From Atractiella rhizophila (taxonomy: Eukaryota), in contig MU271312.1 of NCBI GenBank assembly GCA_021432655.1, positions 1-59,136 on the forward strand: 59,136 bases of DNA. The letters run 5' to 3'. Below the pieces are notes generated by a model, which searched no databases, was not told the origin of the DNA, and saw only the letters and a program-made list of their open reading frames with translations. Positions 51,105-59,136 of the stretch are shown here, piece after piece. Position numbers and translations under genes: made by a program. Each line of letters starts with the position of its first letter. Positions within the stretch are counted from its first letter, which is position 1.

Positions 51105-51659
51105 ATGAAGCCCACCACGGTCGTTCTCCCCATCCTAGCTCTCGTGCCCGGCTTCTTCGCACCCGACTACCGCGTCCTCTACTCCCGTCCAAGCTGGACG
51201 ACGATGAGCGTCTTCCAAGCGACGTGAGCCTCCATTCCTTCTCCTCCGCTCCGAGAACCATTCTGACGAGCGAAACCGCGAGGCAGCTGGGAATCGTTCT
51301 GTCCCCTCTACGCCACCACCCACGGCGCGACCTGGCTCTCGAACAAATTCGAGCCCGGAGACTGGGCCAACAAGAACGACACCGGTGCGTGCACCCCCAT
51401 CCATCCATCCATCCTTTCCTTCCTTTGCTTTCCCTTCCTTTCCTTTTGTTCGTTTCGGCTGATGAATGAATGAATGGGGACAGAGGTCGCCCGCATCGCG
51501 TGCATCGGATATGACGGTCCTCTCGACGATCCACCGCAATTCGCGAAACAGATCGTCCTCACGGAGGGCCTCGCTGAACAGGTCGGAGCGGACAAGGTCC
51601 CCAATGGAGATTTCAGGGTCGCGAACGGCGCGAAACATAAGAAGGAGAGGAAGTTCTGA
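51105..51659 (+). CDS. Small secreted protein, paralog of 28819-29311
   Basis: MKPTTVVLPILALVPGFFAPDYRVLY...FQAT|WESFCP...FEPGDWANKNDT|EVARIACIGYDGPLDDPPQFAKQI; upstream TATAA at ~51005. Confidence 0.75.
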
Positions 51660-53443
51660 TTCCTCAGACTATAGATGAAATATGGACTCTCGTCCTTCGA
51701 AATCTTGTGACAAAGCAGGGATAGTATCTGAGAACAGGTCAGAATAAATGATGCCTGCAGAATATTGAGTGAAGTGGGATGACTATGACTGCATGTTGGT
51801 CATCACGTCCGTTGAAATTTGAGCCTGCAATAGCTAGCAGCTACGTAGGCGGTAACATGATTGGTTGACGACCCGTCTGGCGAACGGTGTCTTACACAAA
51901 CTGCTTCCCGTATTAAACCACCATAAGGGAAATCATATCCACAGCCTGTGGTTGAAAGCTATGAAACTATCGATATAGTCGATACGAGTTGCACTGTTGA
52001 TTGTCTTTTGTTTTACCATTGAAATTAGAATCTAACCACTTTGAACGACCACCACCTCTATCTGCACTTTATTCTGAATGTTAAACAATGAACTCGATGA
52101 TGGTATCAAGTTCCATCATGCTGGAGTACAGTCGAACCTACTTCGTATGTTGAGCTCGATTTTAGAAACGACTAAGGTATTGACAACGGACACGACGCAA
52201 GTGAATATTCAATGACCTTATCAATTAATTTACAGAAATTAGAGTAACTTTCTCTTGCAGAATCACAAAGAATCGGGCTCGAAACACGAATGGTACTGGC
52301 GACAGTAAATGGATGACAGGTTGGATGAAAAGAGCTCTTTTTGCCTTCCCTTACAGCGATCGCAGGCCTCGGCATCACTTCTGTAAGATATAATCAGGAC
52401 TTTTCAACCCTGCCTACTTTTCTCGCGACTCTTTGTAAGAGATTGAAACTGTGGAGCTGAGTGCACAGATTCCGGAATCAGGCCATAACAGTAGTGTAAG
52501 TTGCAATCACAAAATCTCGTGGAAATTCCGTCCTTTCATTCAACTTTCTCATTTAGATGTCCGAGAGAGTGAATCAAATCAATTTAATTTCTCGTATTTC
52601 AGGCTGGAAATATAAGTACATTCCGCAAGATCTTTCTGGTTGGGACATTATATATCATCATGACCATGACCTACAAACGGCGACGGCGAACAGAACCGCA
52701 AATACTGTCCACCAAGGCTTTGTACGTATTCTTTGTGCGGTCGACCCAATGTTTCCCTGCCAATGTGGCCGACTGAACTGCAGTGGGACCTAGGTCGTAA
52801 GTCCTATGGAGTAATAGGATTCAAGGTTAGCTCATCAACTAACAAGTCGATCAACGCACCAGAGCCCGTTCACTTTCAACCAAAACGGCGCGGTTTGCCT
52901 GGTTCTAAGCATATTGTTGCCATTCGAGCTTGAAGCATATCCTAGAACGGTCAACACGACTGATGTGGCCGCAGAAGCTTCGAACGCAATGCCGTCGTCG
53001 CAGATATCATCCTCACCCGGCGTTGTTGCATTGGAGCTGCCGATGTGGGAGGTTTCTGCACCGATGAAACCAATGGAATACTCGGCCAGTAGAGAGGCTC
53101 GCAGGCTTAAATAGATCCCTTGGCCGGCTGTTAATGTATTCATTAGCAACCGGCGGTAGAAAGGAGGAGTTGAACTACGTCTGAGAACAAAGGATGCTTT
53201 AAGGAATAACGAGACATCATCCGTGCCTTGCGTCGATCTCGAGCTATCACTGCTGTTGCAAGGTGAGGTAGAATTTCCCAACCTGGAGACCAAGTGATAA
53301 AACTTTGGTCGTCCAAAGAGGCCCATTGAATAGCTGAGTACGGAACACTTGGAGGAGTTGGAGTAATAGTAGCAACTTATACGGATATCAGTGGCTTTGT
53401 TTATGGGACAAATAGACGCACGGAGACTCGAAGTAGAGAATGA

Positions 53444-53468
53444 NNNNNNNNNNNNNNNNNNNNNNNNN
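53444..53468. other. Assembly gap (25 N)
   Basis: Run of N. Confidence 1.
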
Positions 53469-54513
53469 AAAATCGAGGAGGTGGTCAAGAGCTCGCATCG
53501 TCTGGCTATGTGTAAGGGAGAAGCACTCAGCTCGACGCACGTTCAGACCATCATGGATTCTGGTTAGTTCTCACCAATTGTGGAAGAGGCAAGGATTGAC
53601 CTTCTTCACCTCAGTGACGCAGAGCGAAAGGGATTATCACGATTCAGATGAAAAAGGTGAGAGCATTGCCTTTTTGCTATCAAACCTGTTGATGATGTGT
53701 CAGGAGCCTACATCGATGAAGAGGAGAGACACTGGGTAGGTTTTATGGACATCATTTCTTGCCTGACTGACTGGCAACTAAATCAGGTCCCTATCTACAA
53801 CTAGGTGTCGCTACCGTCGCAATTTCATGGCACGCTGCATATGATATCTCATTGACATATCAGGTTTGATAATGAGCATTTCATCAATACTTTCCTCTCT
53901 CTTAATTAATTGAGAGGATTGATTGATAATGAAAGTGTATATTTTTCCTTCGACTTGTGCATGTCTGCAACAGCATCTACATTGTAACGTCAAGAACTAG
54001 TGCTGCAGGATCTCGGCGAAATAGACCCAAAAAAAGCAGGAGAAACCCGAGAACGTCGTCGTCAAACACAACCTAACACCATCGAGAAACAACCATGCAG
54101 GAACGGAGAAGGCCTGGATAGCAAACGGTAATCATGACGCATGGATTTGTCATGGAAGCGAAACTGTGTATACACGCGGCGACTTCAGCTATAAAACAGC
54201 TGAATCCCTGAGACGTCTTAGCTCCTAAAGAATGGCAGTGCTACAAACCACAAATTAACGAGGAGCAGCAACGCACAGGATACCCCTGGCCAATCACAAC
54301 AGAAAAGGGAGGGGGCAGTTGCTTATGATAAGAGATAGAAAGAACAGTTCTTTCTGAAGAAGAGAAACAAAGGACGGCGGTGATTCGGGTATGCTTCCTA
54401 CGTTGAGCGTACAATGAAATCTAGATTGCATCTACGTGAAGTTATCCTACACATCATCCTATCAGCGTCTTCTCTTCCTTAAAGCAAGCGGAGAGGAAGA
54501 GGGAGGAAGGAGA
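53469..54513 (+). repeat. Diverged direct duplicate of ~49076-50164 (AAA 3' exons, intergenic, last exon of the NUZM-like gene)
   Basis: Collinear match from AAAATCGARGAGGTGGTCAAG to GAGGGAGGAAGGAGA; begins right at an N gap. Confidence 0.9.
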
Positions 54514-56121
54514 AACTAATAGTTTCGATAACAAATTTCTCCGACGAAACGATGTTCTTAATCTGCCAACAGTCTAGCTTCCCGCTCTCAGGTATTGAGG
54601 AGGGGAGGAGGTATAACTAGACTCCTTAGTCTTGAAGGAGAGGAAGAATACAAAGCGCGGCAAGCGCTGGGACTTTAGAGGTAACCCCTGGAACAGGCGA
54701 GGCTGGACAAGTCGCTCCGGGAGGCACTCCTGCTAGACAAAGCGCTTAACGCCACCTAGCAGCTCTCCTGGCAGTATAGGCTACGTGCGCTACGCTCGCT
54801 GGAGACAGGAGTAAGTAAGTAAGTAGTCGGCTGAGCTTGCCTTTCCTTGCCTTACCTTTCCTTCCTTTCCTACCTACCTACCTACCTCCACGTGCGTGGC
54901 CACAGCAAGAACAAGCGGGTCAGAGGCCCGAGCTTAAACAAGCTCTCGGTCCAGCGTGGCACCCACCACCGCATCTCCCCTGTCTTGCTAAGGGTCGACG
55001 GAGCGCCAAAGCGAGCAGTCTACAAAGAGCCTCGCCTCCTCTTCCTTACCTCCGAGTGCAGCGAACCTTCTGCGAGTAGCAGCAGGTCGAACCTGCCCTC
55101 ATCTCCTGCGCCCATCAGCCCACGCTTCTTCGGCCCGTGCTCCCGATTCTACCCCTCTTGCTGGCACCACCCGAAGTACAACCCTAAACTCAACCAACTC
55201 CACCTCATTTCTTACATTCCCACTTACTCACACTACAACCCTCATACTTCAGTCGCTGTCTTCCTCATGAGTAAGAATATAGAAACCATTTTCCCCACTC
55301 TCATTCTCCCAGGTGTGGGGTCGACGTATCCTGCGCAATCGACAACGTAACTAACTGTGCTTTGTGCTACGCTTTACAGCTAGGTGTAGCCAGTTATAAG
55401 GAGCACTAACCGCAGTATAGGCGGGCGGAGTGATGTCAGGTAGGAGAGATTAGGATAGGCATTAGGAGAGGGGGAGTTTTGTTTAGTTGGTACCGGTCGC
55501 GGTCGTTTTAACAGCCAGGGAGGCCGCGTTTCAGCAGGTTGGGGAAGAACATGGTGATGCCGAGAGGGAGGTTCGATACCCTGTGGAAGTCCTTCGAGCA
55601 GCAGCAGTTGGGTTTTGTCGTGTTGTCCGTACGGGGAGGGGTAGCGGTTAGCTTTAGGGGGAGGACGGAGAGCCCTCCTCGTAATGTGCGGACGACCATG
55701 GGAAAGGTCGCTAGGCCGACAGGGGGAATGATACGGTCCCTGATATCCTCCCGAATACACGGGCACTCTCCCCACCTCGTTCTTCTTGAGCGTTTCAACT
55801 AACAAGTCCCTTGGCACCTCAGCATGCAAAGAAAAGAATAAAGTCAATAAGGTCTCCAAATACTCATAGACACACAGCCCATCACAAGGCGGAGGACGAG
55901 ACGGCCTCCGCTTCCTTTGTCTTTGTCCAGACCACTTTCTTTGGAGCAGAGGAAGAGAGCGACGGGAGATGCGAAGGTGGCGTTGGAGACGAAGCTGCCT
56001 TAGCCGTTTGGTGCTTCCGAAAGGAGGGGGGTCACGGAGGCCCTTCCTTCATGTTCAAGTGCTTCGAGCCTCGTCTACGCAACGGCTCCTGGTCCGGCCT
56101 AAAGCTCTAACACTCGTAGGG

Positions 56122-56146
56122 NNNNNNNNNNNNNNNNNNNNNNNNN
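56122..56146. other. Assembly gap (25 N)
   Basis: Run of N. Confidence 1.
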
Positions 56147-59136
56147 GAGAAGAGGACGTGGTTGTCGTGCTTCATTGGATTGCGTAGGACACCACTACTA
56201 AAGTCCTGGGGGATGTAGGAGGCGTTGGTGGAACCCCCTGAGCTTACGGCAGAGACAGAGTGGGACGTGTGGTTGCTTCCCAGGATGGAGCGTGTGTGAG
56301 TCCCATTTTTCGTGGTCTGCTTGGAGCGTGCTGCTCGCCGCTTTCTACGCTTCCTGAGCAGGGAAATGGTCCGAGTCGACCGCCCGCGTGGTCCGCCGGC
56401 AACATGTCCGATTGTTCTGCGGAAACTTCTCGAAATAGTTCTAACCTTCGGGACCTATAGCCCACGCAAGGACAGGTTTGGAGTCAGTGGAGAGCTACTA
56501 CATACTGCACACCAACTGCCAAAGCCAACTACATATCCAGTGTTTCCAATCTCTAGGGGTAGTGACCTGTCAATCCCGAGAACAAAGTCCAGGTGATAGG
56601 GGTTTAGTTCCTTCCGCACTTTGGCGCTGTGGCAAAGTACAGAAGAAAGCTCGTTGTACAGCTCCGTGGATTATTCCTGACCGTTATGCAAGGAACATGC
56701 AGCAATAAGGTAGAATGGAAGGAATTTGGTCATTCGATGTCGACTTCACCACTACTATAAAACCCCTTGTCTAACGTCGACTTGGGATGGTTTGCTATAG
56801 AAAGTCCTATGTCCGCTTTCTCTAGCTACGATGTCTTCCTTCTCAACCTCAGTAACCCTAAACCTATGCTTCTGGATATCCAAGCAGTAAAGAGAACAGC
56901 ACTCTTCCTCCTACCTTTACGACTAACCAATCATGTCAAAAGTTAAACAAATACGAATTATACTACAGCAAGTGAGAGTTAGCAACGAACTGAGAAGCTG
57001 CGGGGAAACGCGGAGAGAGTGTAGTGTTGCGAAAATGGAATGTAAGGACAAGTGTCAACGAATACGCGAAAGGTGCTTGAGTCGAAGAGGGTTATTGGCA
57101 TAGCTACACCCCGTTCCATCGTTGGCAGGTGGTTAGCGCGATCTATGTAGGGACTTTGACCTTTTACCTTTACGATTAGCAAGCATGCAAACTCTCCAAG
57201 GTTCCTTCTCCCGTCTCTGGTCCTAGTGTCTAAATGCGAGTCACCGCCGCGTAACCGTCTATGTCTCCACATAAAGCTCTGCCTCTAAGCGCTTGTAGTC
57301 AGCTCCTTGCTCCTGCTCCTCAGAAACACGCGAAGGACGGACACAGTCAAACAGCTAGGTAAGAATAATGTAGAACACTAAATCCACGTGCCCATAAGAG
57401 AACCACAAGAGCACGGGGGAAAGACACTGTAGGCGAGATACCTAGATACAAGGAGAAAAGAGGGAGGAGAAACCGTACCCGAAAATCATCGCTAAGTAGG
57501 TAGCGGACTTCGTTCGCTGCGTTAAGAGACACCTTAAGGTCGTGGAATGTCCCCCACGTAGACGTAACCCGTGGCTAGTACCTACGTATCTGCAGAACTC
57601 TTAACGCTCTCAAGGTGAAGGTCAAAGGACTACAAGCATGACCAAGGACAACGACTTGGGCAAGATTAAATGACATCTTGCTTTCAGAAGTTCAACTATC
57701 GGACAAGACACTAGCGAACCGCAATAACGCCCAGCGTTCCTGCAGAAATTTGGTCGAGTTTACAGAGGGAACGAGGAGGAAAGGACGGACTTTGGCTAAG
57801 TCAATGGTTTCTAGCGCAAGCTTTCGAAGTCGCTCCCGACGGTCTACGTTCGTTTCTGATGCTCCTGCCACACCTCCACCACCAAATTTCGACCCGACAC
57901 GGTTCTAATTTTCGTTCGTCCAGTCGCGAATGAGCTTCACGCAGAGTGCACTAAGAGACTGGATAAGCCACGCACCTGAAAATCTATTTGCATTTCACGG
58001 CGCTCAGCAGAAATTGATAGCGGAGAGGGAGAACGTACCCATAGTACGATATCGTCACAGCTTGGGCTCTCTCAAAGGCAAAACAGAGGGCAATGTCCGT
58101 CGGGTCTGTCTAACACGAGGTAGTTTTCAAGGCAGTCACATTAAGTATCTTCCTCTGGCAATGTAGTACGACGACTGACCCTGATATTGTATGGAACAAC
58201 TCAGTGCTCGAATTCGATGGCGTTAATGGCGGTCGCCTCTGAACCTGAAGTGCCGGAACCGATGCAAACAAGACAAGGAACTTTGCAAACCTTATTCGCC
58301 ACCCCTTGAATACGACACCTTGAAGGACGTTTAGGCTACAATGGGGAAGCTTTGGTGGGAGTGAGGTAGAATGTGTAGAGTTTGTGATGGAATATAATCG
58401 AATTTTTACTGATTAGGAGGTGCGTGGTACTCATTCCACAATTGCTGCTGCAAATGTAGAGACTGTTGGATCGCGATACCCGCTCGCTTGTTTCTCAGCA
58501 TATATGCGGGAACAGTCTGCTTATTATTATGATTTTATAAGATACACATACTTTCTCTGTCATGTGCTACCAAACAAAATGAGTCCGTATCCTGCGGTTT
58601 CATGCGAAGCTCAATGTCTTCTTCAAGGCAGCTGCAGAGAACATAAGATGTTCCTCTTCTAGCTTGCCTCTATTTGCAGGCGAAAAAGGAGTGAGGCGAC
58701 TGGCGCAACGCATCATTACATGAGGGACAACGGCTGCCTCAGTGGCCCTTGCAAATTCACTCAGCACATCAGGTCTCAGTTGCTGCCGAATGTCTTCATC
58801 TTCTTTCTTGTTATATGATATCTCTATCTTTACTATTAGGAAAGTCATGGAAGGTTGTATTAGCCAGATTAGACGAAGAAAATGTAGCCTTGCTGGAATC
58901 CTTTCTCCCGTTCTTCACTCGAGGATTGATGAATAAGTTGCCTTTCCTTCTTGGCAGCACGCATTTCATGCTGAAGCAGCAAATGAAGTTCAGTTTGACT
59001 GAAGGATATGTCTCCTAAGCTGGTACGGAAAGGGCCACGGAAACTTCCTGATTTCCCGGGAGTATTCCCAAAAACCGTCCTCCCTCTTGCATCTCATGGT
59101 GCGATGTTCTAGTTTTTTCTTACCCATCCTGTGCCT

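Noticed and set aside
52835..53488. 217-aa minus-strand ORF
   Set aside because: Runs through an N gap, has no recognisable motif and no credible start.

Overview
Eukaryotic, intron-rich fungal DNA (introns mostly ~45-60 nt with GTRAGT/CTRAC/YAG signals). Gene content suggests a basidiomycete, possibly Pucciniomycotina (inference). Housekeeping genes: ABCC transporter (5'-truncated by the window), TDT/SSU1-like anion transporter, prenylcysteine oxidase, class F2 CSL transcription factor, TFB1, DUF4419 protein, DNMT5, a fungal AAA+ ATPase and the complex I 21.3 kDa (NUZM-like) subunit. Accessory content: (i) a patatin-STAND-TPR NLR immune receptor, whose two ORFs join via a predicted 49-nt intron; its patatin lacks the catalytic Asp and it carries 14 hypervariable 40-aa TPRs; (ii) directly behind it, a fossil F-box gene fragment, three solo LTRs with perfect 5-bp TSDs (one nested in another) and a truncated Ty1/copia element; (iii) an intronless gene fusing a copia Gag capsid-like domain to an F-box/LRR-like protein, the best candidate here for an undescribed system (possible retroelement-targeting SCF adaptor); (iv) two paralogous small secreted proteins; (v) a ~1 kb duplication beside an assembly gap and degenerate sequence at the right end. 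All calls come from motif recognition by eye; exon boundaries are predictions.
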